This document shows positions 37,871 through 48,021 of a DNA stretch of 64,000 nt, piece after piece. The DNA is taken from positions 160,001-224,000 of the forward strand of contig CAWHAA010000004.1 of the NCBI GenBank assembly GCA_963827275.1, read 5' to 3'. Below the pieces are notes generated by a model. That model ran no database searches, had not been told where the DNA came from, and saw nothing but the letters and a program-made list of their open reading frames with translations. This DNA comes from an uncultured Spirochaetota bacterium. Its GTDB lineage: Bacteria > Spirochaetota > UBA4802 > UBA5550. The number at the start of each line of letters is the position of its first letter. The first letter of the stretch is position 1. Position numbers and translations under genes: made by a program.

Positions 37871-40045
37871 ATGGAAGGTATGGTCCTGATCAGGGTGTGC
37901 TTGTCGGTTATTTTTGTTCTTGCGGTGTTTTTATCCGGTCTGTCTGCGCGCTCTGTGCCGGTCATTTCATCAGTCAATGCGAGGACGTCGCTGGCCGGGG
38001 AGTGGAAGCTCGGTTTCGGGGACGAAAAAAAATACGCCTCCCGCGATTATGATGATTCAGGCTGGAAGACCATTTCGATGCCGGGAAGCATTACCCGGTA
38101 TATTATAAAGGGGGAAATCCCCGGCGTGACGCTTGACTCGCTCGGAAAGATTGAAGGAATATGCTGGCTCCGGAAAAAAATTATCTTCGATAAAGACCTC
38201 CCGCGGGAAAGCCTCGGCCTGATGCTTGGCCAGATCGCCAATGCGGACGAAACCTACTTTAACGGGGTAAAGATCGGGGGCATGGGGGGCTTCCCGCCCC
38301 GCGATTTTTCCATGTGGAACCATCCGCGCCATTACGTGGTGCCCCGGAGCCTGATAAAATACGGCGGGGAGAACGTCATCAGCATCAGGGTGTCCTATTT
38401 CGTGTACTGCGAAATGATCGGCACCCTTGCGATAGCCAATTACGATGACTGGTCCTTCGACCGCTCGCTCCAGAATTTTTTCAGGATCACCATGAATTTC
38501 GTCATCATATTCATGGGCTTTCCGCTCCTCCTCATGTTCCTGCTGTTCTTTATACGGAAGAGGGATCAGGAATACCTCTTTTACATCCTTCAGCTGTTGG
38601 CAGGCCTCTTTATCGTTATCGATGCCTGTGACTATTTTTTCTGGCGTTCGTTCGGGAGCACGCTGCTGCGGCTCAAGGTGCTTGGTTTCAGCTGGGCGGC
38701 CCTGAATGTCGTGCATCCCATATTCCTCCACCGCATCTACGGCCTCAGCAGGAAAAAGACGGAGATCGGCCTCTGGATCTTTCTGCTGTTCATCGTCCTT
38801 CTGCTCACTACCGTCACCGGAAAGCCCGCTGACCGCCTGCAGGCCGTGGTGTTGATAGCCCTGACCACGCCGATAGGGCTCTATAACCTGTCCTGCCACA
38901 TATCGGCCCTGGTGAAGAAGCGGCCCTACGCGCCGCTGTTCAGCGTGTTTGGCGCCATCGTCATCCTCGGCGCCATCCATGACGCGTTTGTATATTTTCC
39001 CAAGTTCGGCGGTTTCGCGCTGAATATTTTCGGCTATACGCCGGAGAACCTTCTTTTCGGCTACAGCGCGGCGGCCCTTTATACCGGCACCGCCCTTTTG
39101 CTCATACAGCGGCTGATAAACACGATGAATAACCTCGATGAGCTGAATGTCAAACTTGAGGACAAGGTCAGGCAACGGACCGAACAGCTCACGCGCGCGA
39201 ATAGCGATCTCCACCAGGCGATGGAGGAGGTGGAGCTGATAAATGACAACCTGACGGACGCCAACCGCAGCCTGAAGATCGCAGAGCACATGCACGAGCG
39301 GGACCTGGCAATGGCCGTGAACGTGCAGTCTTCGTTCCTCCCTGGCGGTCCGCCGGTGTCCGGGCAGTACGATATCGCGTATCTCTTCAAGCCCATGGCG
39401 GGGATATCAGGGGATTTTTTTGATTTCTATCTGGATGGCAAAGAGCTGGCCGGGGCCGGGATCTTTGACGTATCGGGCCACGGGATATCGTCAGGGCTCT
39501 TAACCCTCATCGCCAAGTCGATCATATACGAAACCTTCATGGACATGAGGAGCGAGAGACTGAACGCGGTCTTTGACCGGATCAACAAAAAGCTGATAAA
39601 GGAGATAGGCCATATAGACAATTACCTGACCGGCATACTGATCCGCATGAACGACGATTCGCTCGAATACGTAAACGGCGGCCACCATGACATGGCGTAC
39701 CGGCTGGGCCGGTCAGGAAAGGTGGGCAAGGTGCTCGGCAGGGACGGGAACACGCTGGCCGGCCCTTTCATGGGAATAAGGGAGATGGAGGAGCCGTACC
39801 GGTCGGTTACCATAAAAATCGGCGCCGGCGACTGTTTCCTCCTGTATACGGATTGCCTTGATGAAACCTGGGACACTTCCAAAAGAAGCTACGGGGAATT
39901 GCGAATAATGGAATCGCTGAAAAAAGCGCCGGACGGCAGCGCCAGGGACATTCTTCGCTGCGTCATGAATGACTTTTATTCATTTGCGGGCAAAGAGGAT
40001 AATTTCAAGGATGACCTGACGGTCATGGTAATAAAGAGAAAGTGA
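37871..40045 (+). CDS. Membrane SpoIIE/PP2C phosphatase with extracellular galactose-binding-like domain and 7TM region
   Basis: LAGEW…DDSGW, WLRK, ADETYFNG.KIG; about 7 TM helices; coiled coil; SGDFFD, DVSGHG, NGGH, YTDC, DDLT. Confidence 0.92.
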   Translation: MEGMVLIRVCLSVIFVLAVFLSGLSARSVPVISSVNARTSLAGEWKLGFGDEKKYASRDYDDSGWKTISMPGSITRYIIKGEIPGVTLDSLGKIEGICWLRKKIIFDKDLPRESLGLMLGQIANADETYFNGVKIGGMGGFPPRDFSMWNHPRHYVVPRSLIKYGGENVISIRVSYFVYCEMIGTLAIANYDDWSFDRSLQNFFRITMNFVIIFMGFPLLLMFLLFFIRKRDQEYLFYILQLLAGLFIVIDACDYFFWRSFGSTLLRLKVLGFSWAALNVVHPIFLHRIYGLSRKKTEIGLWIFLLFIVLLLTTVTGKPADRLQAVVLIALTTPIGLYNLSCHISALVKKRPYAPLFSVFGAIVILGAIHDAFVYFPKFGGFALNIFGYTPENLLFGYSAAALYTGTALLLIQRLINTMNNLDELNVKLEDKVRQRTEQLTRANSDLHQAMEEVELINDNLTDANRSLKIAEHMHERDLAMAVNVQSSFLPGGPPVSGQYDIAYLFKPMAGISGDFFDFYLDGKELAGAGIFDVSGHGISSGLLTLIAKSIIYETFMDMRSERLNAVFDRINKKLIKEIGHIDNYLTGILIRMNDDSLEYVNGGHHDMAYRLGRSGKVGKVLGRDGNTLAGPFMGIREMEEPYRSVTIKIGAGDCFLLYTDCLDETWDTSKRSYGELRIMESLKKAPDGSARDILRCVMNDFYSFAGKEDNFKDDLTVMVIKRK

Positions 40046-40121
40046 TGCGTTCCGCCAGGGGCCCTGTCCGGGCCCCTGAGGAACCTCCGCCGCGCTGACG
40101 GGATATACCGCCGCCTGTTGC

Positions 40122-41354
40122 CTACCTGCACTTCTGAAGGCACCCGACCTGCGCCAGTCCCGACAGCCCTTTGCACGTTTCAATGCATTTTATGAGTGAT
40201 TGTTTGTCGTCGGGACCGCCGGTGCCCATCTGCTTTTTGTGGCGCTCGTCTTCAAGCTTCCAGCGGTCGCGCTCGGTTTTCCAGCGCTCTTCTTCAATCT
40301 TCCTGCGCTCCTGCTCGAGCTGTTTCTGCCGCTGCTCCTCGGCCCGTTTCTCCTGGTCCCGCTTCTGGAGCTCCCTGCGCTGCTCGTCGAGCGCGCGGCG
40401 CTCATCTTCCGCTTTGCGGCGCTGTTCTTCAAGCTTCATGTTCCGTTCGGCTTCAAGCTCCTTCCTGCGCCCATCTTCCAGCCGTTTCCGGCGTTCTTCC
40501 TCGATCCTGGCCTGGCGCTCCTGCTCGATTTTCAAGAGGCGTTCTTCTTCAATCTTCTTCTGCCGCTCTCGCTCGTGTTTCTGGCGCTCCTCTTCTATCG
40601 TTCTCTTCTGCTCCTCTTCGCGCCGCCGCTGCCTGTCTTCTTCGGCCTTTCTCCCGCGCTCTTCCTCAAACCTGCGGCGCTCGTCCTCGCGCCGCCGCTG
40701 CGCATCAATTTCAGCGGCCCTTCTTCGCTCCTCCTCGATCTTCTTCCGCCGCTCTTCCTCTTCCTTTTTCAGGCGCTCCTGGTGTTTTCGAGCTTCCTCC
40801 TCCCTGAGGTGCCTCAGGCGCTCCTGTTCGAGCCTGCGCTTTTCTTCTTCAATCTTACGTTTTTCTTCCTCTATCTTTCTCTTGCGTTCTTCATCGATCT
40901 TGCGCAGGCGATCACGCTCCGCCTTCCAGAGGCGTTCCTGCTCCAGCTTTTTCAGGCGCTCCTGCTCGATCCTTTTCAGGCGCTCCTGCTCTATCTTCCG
41001 GAGGCGCTCCTGCTCGATCCTTTTCTGCCGCTCTTCCTCCAGTTTGCGCTGACGCTCTTCCTCAAACCTGCGCTGCCGCTCATGTTCTATCCTGCGCTGC
41101 CGCTCTTCCTCGAGCCTTCTCTGGCGCTCCTGCTCGATTTTCCAGAGGCGCTCTTCCTCGACCCTTCTCTGTCGTTCTTCCGCAATCCTTCTCTGGCGCT
41201 CCTGCTCGATGCGCCGCAGCTCCTCTTCGCGGTGCCGGTCGTATTCGTCGTGTCCCCTGCGGTCGACGGGACCGGTCTCGTCAGTTATGATGAATAATGT
41301 GCCGCATGAACAGGTGAACATCACCAGAAGAGATATTAATAATCTACCAAGCAT
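40122..41354 (-). CDS. Putative lipoprotein with a long E/R/K/Q charged helix and a C-terminal Cys hairpin
   Basis: AGGAGG RBS; MLGRLLISLLVMFTCSC lipobox; roughly 330 aa of EEERQRRIEQER-type repeats; CIETC…CLQKC at the C-terminus. Confidence 0.8.
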   Translation of the reverse strand: MLGRLLISLLVMFTCSCGTLFIITDETGPVDRRGHDEYDRHREEELRRIEQERQRRIAEERQRRVEEERLWKIEQERQRRLEEERQRRIEHERQRRFEEERQRKLEEERQKRIEQERLRKIEQERLKRIEQERLKKLEQERLWKAERDRLRKIDEERKRKIEEEKRKIEEEKRRLEQERLRHLREEEARKHQERLKKEEEERRKKIEEERRRAAEIDAQRRREDERRRFEEERGRKAEEDRQRRREEEQKRTIEEERQKHERERQKKIEEERLLKIEQERQARIEEERRKRLEDGRRKELEAERNMKLEEQRRKAEDERRALDEQRRELQKRDQEKRAEEQRQKQLEQERRKIEEERWKTERDRWKLEDERHKKQMGTGGPDDKQSLIKCIETCKGLSGLAQVGCLQKCR

Positions 41355-41458
41355 CACAGGCCTCCTCGCGGGCATGATGAAAGACCGTATCCGATAATTA
41401 ATGCGTTAGACCCATATTATCGCTGAAAAGTTCGGCGCTGTCAATAAAAATTACCGGC

Positions 41459-42661
41459 TCAAGGTTTTATGTAATTGTCCACGATCCACCTGCTGAACGG
41501 GAAGCTGCTGGTGAAGGCGGGGCTGACGGCGTTCAGGATGTGGACGGAACGGCCGTCCCCTTCCACCTTGAAGTCCTGCACGAGCCTGTTCGTCCGCACG
41601 TCGAGGAGCTGGGCGCGGATGCCCGGTCTGCTCCATTCGCTGAAGCGGGCGCGGTCCACGTTGTGGACCATGCCGGCGGCCAGGCCGATGAAATATTTTT
41701 TGTAATATTTTTTCATCTCGTCGAGGGCGAGCGTCCTGAACCCGAAAGAATTTAGCATGAACAGCTTCGCTTCGCGCAGCGTGACCTGCGCAAATTCATC
41801 GAGCCTGAAATTCTCAAGGGCCCGGTAGTTCTCCCGCCACATCGCGGGGATCGCCGTCGGCCCGATCTTTACGGTCCTGTCAACGGTGACGGTATAGTGC
41901 ACCCCAAGGAAGGGGTTTTTCATGTCGGGCACCGGGTACACGTTGGTGCTCACGGGCCTGTCCGGCCCCGTGTATTTCAGATAGATCCCCTTGAAGGGGA
42001 GTATGATATAGTCCCTCGCGTACCCGAAATCCTTCGCGATCTTGTCAGCGTACAGTCCGGCGGCGTTGATGATCACGCCCGCTTCATGGACGCCCGCCGT
42101 GGTGGCGGCCGCGTTTGTCCCTGCGCGGCGCAGGTAGGCGCACCCGAACCGGAGATCCACTCCGCCCGCGAGCAGCTCGTCCCTGAGGGACGCGCATACC
42201 TCGACCGGGTCAACGGTTGAGGTCGTGGGGGAATAGAGGGCGTACCCGCACGTCTTCACGTTCGGGTCCAGCTCGGCCACCTCCTTCTCGTCGATGATGC
42301 TCACGGTGACGCCGTTGGCCTTCCCGCGCTGTTCAAGCTCGAGCAGGGAACGGGCCTCGGCTTCATTTTTCGCGACGACCACCTTTTTGCACCGGTTGAT
42401 TTTCAGGTTTTTTTCCGCGCAGTACGCGGTCATCTCCCTGTTGCCGTCTTTTGTGAACTTCGCCTTGAGGGAATCCGCCGAGTAATAGAAGCCGGCGTGA
42501 AGGACCCCGCTGTTCCTCCCGCTGGCGTGGCGGCCGGTATCGGGCTCCTTTTCAATGAGGGTGATAGTGCGGGCGGGATATTTTTCTTTAAGATACCGGG
42601 CGACCGCGAGCCCGATTATGCCCGCCCCTATGATTAAAAAGTCCGATTGCCCGCTCTTCAT
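41459..42661 (-). CDS. lhgO: L-2-hydroxyglutarate oxidase family FAD oxidoreductase
   Basis: IIGAGIIG, SGRNSGVLHAGFYY, NAAGLYAD, YPVPD…PFLGVH, GIRAQ, NAVSPAFTSS. Confidence 0.9.
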   Translation of the reverse strand: MKSGQSDFLIIGAGIIGLAVARYLKEKYPARTITLIEKEPDTGRHASGRNSGVLHAGFYYSADSLKAKFTKDGNREMTAYCAEKNLKINRCKKVVVAKNEAEARSLLELEQRGKANGVTVSIIDEKEVAELDPNVKTCGYALYSPTTSTVDPVEVCASLRDELLAGGVDLRFGCAYLRRAGTNAAATTAGVHEAGVIINAAGLYADKIAKDFGYARDYIILPFKGIYLKYTGPDRPVSTNVYPVPDMKNPFLGVHYTVTVDRTVKIGPTAIPAMWRENYRALENFRLDEFAQVTLREAKLFMLNSFGFRTLALDEMKKYYKKYFIGLAAGMVHNVDRARFSEWSRPGIRAQLLDVRTNRLVQDFKVEGDGRSVHILNAVSPAFTSSFPFSRWIVDNYIKP

Positions 42662-42894
42662 GGATACCTGTCTCCCGTTGCAGGATGGTGCGGCCCGCCG
42701 GCCCATTAACGGTAGCGGGGCCGGTCCGGATTTTTGTCAATAGCTATTTTTTCCGCGCGCGGGGGCATGCACCGGGACCTGGCAGCGCCTGATTGCTGAA
42801 AATGTATTGAAAATATACCGGGCATGCCGTTGCCTGTAATCGCGGGGAAAATCCGCGCGTACCGGGGAAATTCATTGCACGGGTGGATACAGAC

Positions 42895-43893
42895 ATGGGA
42901 AATAACGCAACAATCCTGATCGCCGGCGGCGCCGGCTATATCGGCTCACAGGTCAACAAAGAGCTCTCTGAAAAGGGGTATGGCACGGTCATCGTCGATA
43001 ACCTGAGCACCGGGCACGGGGAATTTGCGAACTGGGGCACCTTCCGGCACTGCGATCTGGCCGACCCCGACGGCCTTCGGGCGGTGTTCGCGAAGCACCG
43101 CGTATCAACGGTCATGCATTTTTCCGCGTTCACCTACGTGGGGGAATCGGTCGAGGACCCGGAAAAATATTACGTGAACAATGTGAAAAACACGCTCAAC
43201 CTTCTGCAGATAATGCGTGAATTCGGCGTCAATCAATTCATCTTCTCGTCGTCGGCCGCGGTCTTCGGCGAACCGACCGAGGTCCCGATACCGGAATCGC
43301 ACGGCACCCTGCCCATCAATCCCTACGGACGAACGAAGCTGATGATAGAGAACATCCTTGCCGATTATTCCCGGGCGTATGATTTCCGGTATGTCGCGCT
43401 CCGGTATTTCAACGCGGCGGGGGCGGACCCGGGCGGCGAAATCGGCGAGTGGCACGAGCCGGAGACCCACCTGATCCCGCTGGTCCTGGATGCGGCGATC
43501 GGCGCGCGCGGCGATATCGCCATCTACGGCGTCGATTACGACACCCCTGACGGCACCTGCGTCAGGGACTATATCCATGTCGCCGACCTGGCGGGCGCGC
43601 ACATCGCCGCGCTCGAGCACCTGGCGCGGGGGGGGGCGTCGGACGTCTTCAATCTCGGGAACGGGAAGGGATTTTCGGTGCGGGAGATCATCGATGCGGC
43701 GCGCACGGTAACCGGGAAGGAGATCAGGGTGCGGGAAACGGCCCGGCGGGCCGGGGACCCCGCGTCGCTGGTCGCCGATGCCGGCAGGGCGTCATCGGTG
43801 CTCTCGTGGCGGCCGCGGTACGCGCGCGTCGATGAGATCATTGAGACCGCGTGGCGGTGGCACCGGAACCTGTACGCAAAGCACAAGAAGTGA
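42895..43893 (+). CDS. galE: UDP-glucose 4-epimerase
   Basis: GGAGYIGS, VGESV, YGRTK, LRYFNAAGA, ETHLIP, DGTCVRDYIHV. Confidence 0.95.
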   Translation: MGNNATILIAGGAGYIGSQVNKELSEKGYGTVIVDNLSTGHGEFANWGTFRHCDLADPDGLRAVFAKHRVSTVMHFSAFTYVGESVEDPEKYYVNNVKNTLNLLQIMREFGVNQFIFSSSAAVFGEPTEVPIPESHGTLPINPYGRTKLMIENILADYSRAYDFRYVALRYFNAAGADPGGEIGEWHEPETHLIPLVLDAAIGARGDIAIYGVDYDTPDGTCVRDYIHVADLAGAHIAALEHLARGGASDVFNLGNGKGFSVREIIDAARTVTGKEIRVRETARRAGDPASLVADAGRASSVLSWRPRYARVDEIIETAWRWHRNLYAKHKK

Positions 43894-43907
43894 CGGGGCC
43901 CGTTGCC

Positions 43908-44993
43908 TCATTTGCCGGTATGATACACCAGCCTTCTCCCGATGAAATTCCAGATGAACGTCGCCGCCAGCGCGAAGAGCTTCGCGTACAGGGGCGGGAT
44001 TGAAAACCATTCCACGGACGCGTAGAGCGCAAGCTGGTGAAACGCGATCGCCATGAGCTGGATCACCAGTATCGCCGTAAACTCCGACTTCGAGTTTTTG
44101 AACACCGAGCCTTTCGTAAAAACGAACTTTCTCCCTGCGAAAAAATTCACCAGGAAGCCGAAGCAGAAGCTGATGAACCCCGCAACGAGGTAATGGACAC
44201 CGGCTATCTTCAGTAAAAAGATATAGATCCCGTAATCGACGACCAGCCCGGCGAGTGCCACCAGGAAATATTTAAGCATCAGGATGAAATTGAGCTTGCC
44301 CACCACGAGCTTCACCAGGGTCATCGCGAAGGTCAGGATGAACGCCGCCAGGTTGCGCTTGGTTTCGCCGAACATCCGTTTTTTGAACGAGTAGGGTATC
44401 TCGATAACCTTCAGGCCCGGGTTCGCGCGGTCCAGCTTGTAGAGGATCTCCTCGACGATGTCAAAATTATCGCACTCAAGCGGAATGCTCTTTAACAGGT
44501 CCGCCCGGTACAGCTTGAAGCTGTTCGATATGTCCCGGTAGCGGATATTCAGGGCCTTCGAATAGATGATGTTCAGCACCTTGGACATCGCCACGAGCGC
44601 CCTGTTGTTGTCGGTGAACCCGCCTGATACATAGCGCGATGCGATGACGACGTCGTGGTTGTTGCGGTGGCCGAACATGCTCGGTATGAACTCCGGGGTG
44701 TGCGACCCGTCCGCGTCCATGAACAGGATATATGCGCCGCGCGCCTTCTGAATCCCGGTCCTGATTGCATCGCCGTACGAGTTGCTGTTCTCCCTGTTGA
44801 AATAGAGCACCTTCTCTTTCTTGCAGATATCGCGTGTGTCGTCAAGGGGCGTCATGGTGTCGATGATGATGATCTCGTGCGGGCACCCCAGCCCTTTCAG
44901 GGTGCCCTTGAGGCGCGGGAGGAGCAGCCGGAGGTTTTCGGCCTCCAGGTAGCAGGGGAGCACGACGCTGAGATGCATGCCGTTATTTTTCAT
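43908..44993 (-). CDS. GT2 polyprenyl-phosphate glycosyltransferase fused to a GtrA flippase-like domain
   Basis: [27 protein letters not shown]-terminal 4-TM GtrA (KYFLVAL…NFF…FVF…AKL…WNF). Confidence 0.9.
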   Translation of the reverse strand: MKNNGMHLSVVLPCYLEAENLRLLLPRLKGTLKGLGCPHEIIIIDTMTPLDDTRDICKKEKVLYFNRENSNSYGDAIRTGIQKARGAYILFMDADGSHTPEFIPSMFGHRNNHDVVIASRYVSGGFTDNNRALVAMSKVLNIIYSKALNIRYRDISNSFKLYRADLLKSIPLECDNFDIVEEILYKLDRANPGLKVIEIPYSFKKRMFGETKRNLAAFILTFAMTLVKLVVGKLNFILMLKYFLVALAGLVVDYGIYIFLLKIAGVHYLVAGFISFCFGFLVNFFAGRKFVFTKGSVFKNSKSEFTAILVIQLMAIAFHQLALYASVEWFSIPPLYAKLFALAATFIWNFIGRRLVYHTGK

Positions 44994-46008
44994 TGGCTGA
45001 AACCCATTCCAGCATTTTGCGGATCCCGGTCACCGAGTCGATTTTCGGCGACCAGCCGAGGATTTTTTTCACCCTGGCCGTATCTGCCACGAAGACCTTC
45101 TGGTCGCTCTCGCGGGGAGGGAGCTTCGTGTACGTCAGCGTGGTCCCGAGCTCCCGGTCAAGGATGCCGAACAGCTCAAGGAGGGACAGGCTGTTCTTCA
45201 TGCCGCCCCCTATGTTGAACGCATGGCCCTTCGCCTCCTCGATCCGCTCGACAGTGTTCAGGTACAGGGCGATCATGTCGTCGGCGAAAAGAACGTCGCG
45301 CACCTGCTTGCCGTTGCCTGAGATGGTGAAGGGCGTGTCCAGCTTCCCGGCCTTCGCCCTGAGCGCCTGTCCGCAGAACCAGCCGATCCACCCCTGGTCG
45401 AACGTGGCAAACTGCCGCGTGCCGAACATCGAGGAGTGGCGGTAAACGACGGTCCTGAGGCCGAATATGCGGTGATAGTCCAGCATGTACTGGTCAGCGG
45501 CGCCCTTGGAGCAGCCGTAGGGCGAATGAAAATCAAGGGGTATCGTTTCAGGAAACCCGTCGGGAAACAGCGGCGCTACATACCTCGTTTCGGTTTCCCG
45601 GTATTCCGTCCACTCGAGGTCGCCGTACACCTTGTTCGTTGACGAATAGATGACGATCGATTCTGGGGAACAGAGCCTCACGGATTCGAGAATATTGAGC
45701 GTGCCCAGGGCGTTGGTCTCGAAGTCGAGGCGCGGGCTCTCTATCGAAGTGGTCATGGCGACCTGTCCCGCCAGGTGAAAGATGGCGTCCGGCAGCGTCT
45801 TTTTGATTATCCGCTCGACGTCCTCGCGGTTCCTGACGTCGCAATGCATGAAATCGAAGGGGCCGCATCCGCGGAGCCATTCGAGGTTTTTTTCGGCGCC
45901 GACCCGGTACAGGTTGTCTATGACGGTCACGCGGTCGCCCCGCAGGATTACTTCCCTCGCGAGGTTTGATCCGAGAAAGCCGCAACCGCCGGTGATAAGA
46001 AATTTCAT
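44983..46008 (-). CDS. rfbE: CDP-paratose 2-epimerase (tyvelose epimerase)
   Basis: [67 protein letters not shown]. Confidence 0.93.
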   Translation of the reverse strand: MKFLITGGCGFLGSNLAREVILRGDRVTVIDNLYRVGAEKNLEWLRGCGPFDFMHCDVRNREDVERIIKKTLPDAIFHLAGQVAMTTSIESPRLDFETNALGTLNILESVRLCSPESIVIYSSTNKVYGDLEWTEYRETETRYVAPLFPDGFPETIPLDFHSPYGCSKGAADQYMLDYHRIFGLRTVVYRHSSMFGTRQFATFDQGWIGWFCGQALRAKAGKLDTPFTISGNGKQVRDVLFADDMIALYLNTVERIEEAKGHAFNIGGGMKNSLSLLELFGILDRELGTTLTYTKLPPRESDQKVFVADTARVKKILGWSPKIDSVTGIRKMLEWVSANEK

Positions 46009-46032
46009 CCTCTATGCTCCTTGCGTGGCATT

Positions 46033-46722
46033 CTATTCCCAGTCGTCGGTGATGATTTCCCGCTCCGGGACCCCGTTCCGGGACAAATAATTCCTGAAGT
46101 CCTTTATCATTGCCGGCGGCCCGGAGATGAAAAAGGTAGAACCGCCGCCGGCCTCTGCAAGCATGCCGGCTATGTCAAGCTTGCCGCGCTCGTCCTCGGC
46201 TATCACCGACACGATGAATGAAGGGTTTACCTCCCTTGCCCGGGCCAGGTATGTTCCGTAGATGTTGTGCGCGCTGTCGCGCACGCCAAAGTAGAGCCGG
46301 GGCGCGTCGTAGGCGCGGAACTGCCCGTCCGTGAACAGGGAAAGGAACGGGGTGATGCCGGTGCCGCCCGCGATGAACACGCACCGGTCCGTGGGGTGCT
46401 GCCTGCCGAACAGGTCGCCGTAGGGCAGCTTCAGGGTGACCGGCCTCCCCGGCGCCAGCTCCGCCGCCATGCGGCCGGTAAAGCGGCCTTTCACGGAAAA
46501 GGTGATGGTGATCTCGTCGTCGAGAGGCGCGGACTGCATGGAGAAACAGCGGGAATCGGGCCACTGGGCCGATGGATCATACTCGTCAAGGGCCAGGTGC
46601 AGGTATTGCCCCGGCCGGTACGAGAACTTCCGGTCACGGGACTTGAAGGAAACGACGTGAATCCCCTCGATCGGCATGGCAATGCGCGTGACCTCGGCGC
46701 GGTATTTCTTGACGATCGCCAT
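46033..46722 (-). CDS. FAD/NAD(P)-binding reductase (FNR-like), probable partner of RfbH
   Basis: PGQY, RCFS, PYG, IAGGTGITPF, SGPPAM. Start MAIVKKY overlaps the rfbH stop; no 2Fe-2S domain. Confidence 0.85.
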   Translation of the reverse strand: MAIVKKYRAEVTRIAMPIEGIHVVSFKSRDRKFSYRPGQYLHLALDEYDPSAQWPDSRCFSMQSAPLDDEITITFSVKGRFTGRMAAELAPGRPVTLKLPYGDLFGRQHPTDRCVFIAGGTGITPFLSLFTDGQFRAYDAPRLYFGVRDSAHNIYGTYLARAREVNPSFIVSVIAEDERGKLDIAGMLAEAGGGSTFFISGPPAMIKDFRNYLSRNGVPEREIITDDWE

Positions 46723-48020
46723 CAGCGCTCCCCGATAAACGCGTCGATGACATCGGCGGTGTAGCGGATCATATCGTCCGTCATGCCGGGGTAGGTCCCG
46801 AGAAAGAAGGTGCTGTTCATCACCCGGTCCGTGTTCGCGAGGTCTCCGGCGATCCTGCACGGCTGGTTGATGAAGGCGGGCTGCCGTGTTATGTTTCCGG
46901 CGAAGATATTGCGCGTCTCTATGCGGTTGTCATTGAGGTGCTGGACGAGCTCATTCCGCGTGAAGGGCGCGCCGTCCCTCACCGTGAGAATATAGCTGAA
47001 CCACGCGGGGTCCGCGCCCGCGGTGGCCTCGGGCAGGAGGAAGTATTTTTCGTGGCGCGCGAACAGCTCCTGGTACAGGGCGAAGTTTTCACGCCGCCGG
47101 TCGCAGAACCGCTCCAGCTTGTCCATCTGGGCGCTGCCGATGGCCGCCTGCATATCGGTCATTTTCAGGTTATAGCCGAGCTCCGAATACACGTACTTGT
47201 GGTCATACCCGGGCGGCAGGGTGCCGAACTGCTGGGTGAACCGCTTGCCGCAGGTGTTGTTTTCGCCGCCGGCGCAGTAGCAGTCGCGGCCCCAGTCGCG
47301 TATGGACCTGGCGATCTGCGCGAGCTGCTCGTCGTTCGTGACGACCGCGCCGCCCTCGCCGGTGGTGATATGGTGCGCGGGGTAGAATGATGACGTGGCG
47401 ATATGGCCGAACGTCCCGGTGTAGCGGCCGCGGTAGCGGCTCCCCAGCGCGTCGCAGTTGTCCTCGATCACCCACAGGTCGTGCTCCCGCGCGACCGCCA
47501 TGACCGCGTCGATGTCGAAGGGGTTCCCCAGGGTGTGGGCGAGGAATATGGCGCCGGTCCTGTCCGAGACGGCGCGCTTCATCATCTCGATGTTGATGTT
47601 GTACGTGGGGAGGTCAATGTCAACGAAGACCGGGACCAGGCCGTACTGGAGGACGGGGGACACGGTCGAGGGAAACCCCGCCGCGACCGATATGACCTCG
47701 TCCCCTTTTTTCAGCCGCCGCTCGCCGAGCTTCTCGGAGGTGAGCGCTCCCAGCGCGATGAGATTTGAAGAGGAGCCCGAGTTGGTGAGAATGACATTTT
47801 CCGTGCCAAGGAACTCCGCGATCTTCTCGGAGAATTCCTCCGCGAACCGGCCCTCGGTAAGCCAGAAGTCGAGGCTGGCGTCAACAAGCTTGACGAGCTC
47901 CTCCTCGTCGAAGACCCGCCCCGCGTAGCGGACCGTGTCCTTGTCGCGGGAAAAGGGCCGCCGCTGAAACCGGTCCCGGTAGTACTCGCGCACCCTGCCC
48001 AGTATCTCTTCCCGGTCCAT
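46722..48020 (-). CDS. rfbH: CDP-4-keto-6-deoxyglucose 3-dehydrase (E1)
   Basis: NSGSSSNL, AHTLGNPF, EDNCDALG, SFYPAHHITTGEGG, RDWGRDCYC…NTC, YDHKY. Confidence 0.96.
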   Translation of the reverse strand: MDREEILGRVREYYRDRFQRRPFSRDKDTVRYAGRVFDEEELVKLVDASLDFWLTEGRFAEEFSEKIAEFLGTENVILTNSGSSSNLIALGALTSEKLGERRLKKGDEVISVAAGFPSTVSPVLQYGLVPVFVDIDLPTYNINIEMMKRAVSDRTGAIFLAHTLGNPFDIDAVMAVAREHDLWVIEDNCDALGSRYRGRYTGTFGHIATSSFYPAHHITTGEGGAVVTNDEQLAQIARSIRDWGRDCYCAGGENNTCGKRFTQQFGTLPPGYDHKYVYSELGYNLKMTDMQAAIGSAQMDKLERFCDRRRENFALYQELFARHEKYFLLPEATAGADPAWFSYILTVRDGAPFTRNELVQHLNDNRIETRNIFAGNITRQPAFINQPCRIAGDLANTDRVMNSTFFLGTYPGMTDDMIRYTADVIDAFIGER

Positions 48021-48021
48021 G

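Noticed and set aside
40171..41297. Long S/R/F/L-rich + strand ORFs
   Set aside because: Antisense shadows of the low-complexity E/R/K gene.
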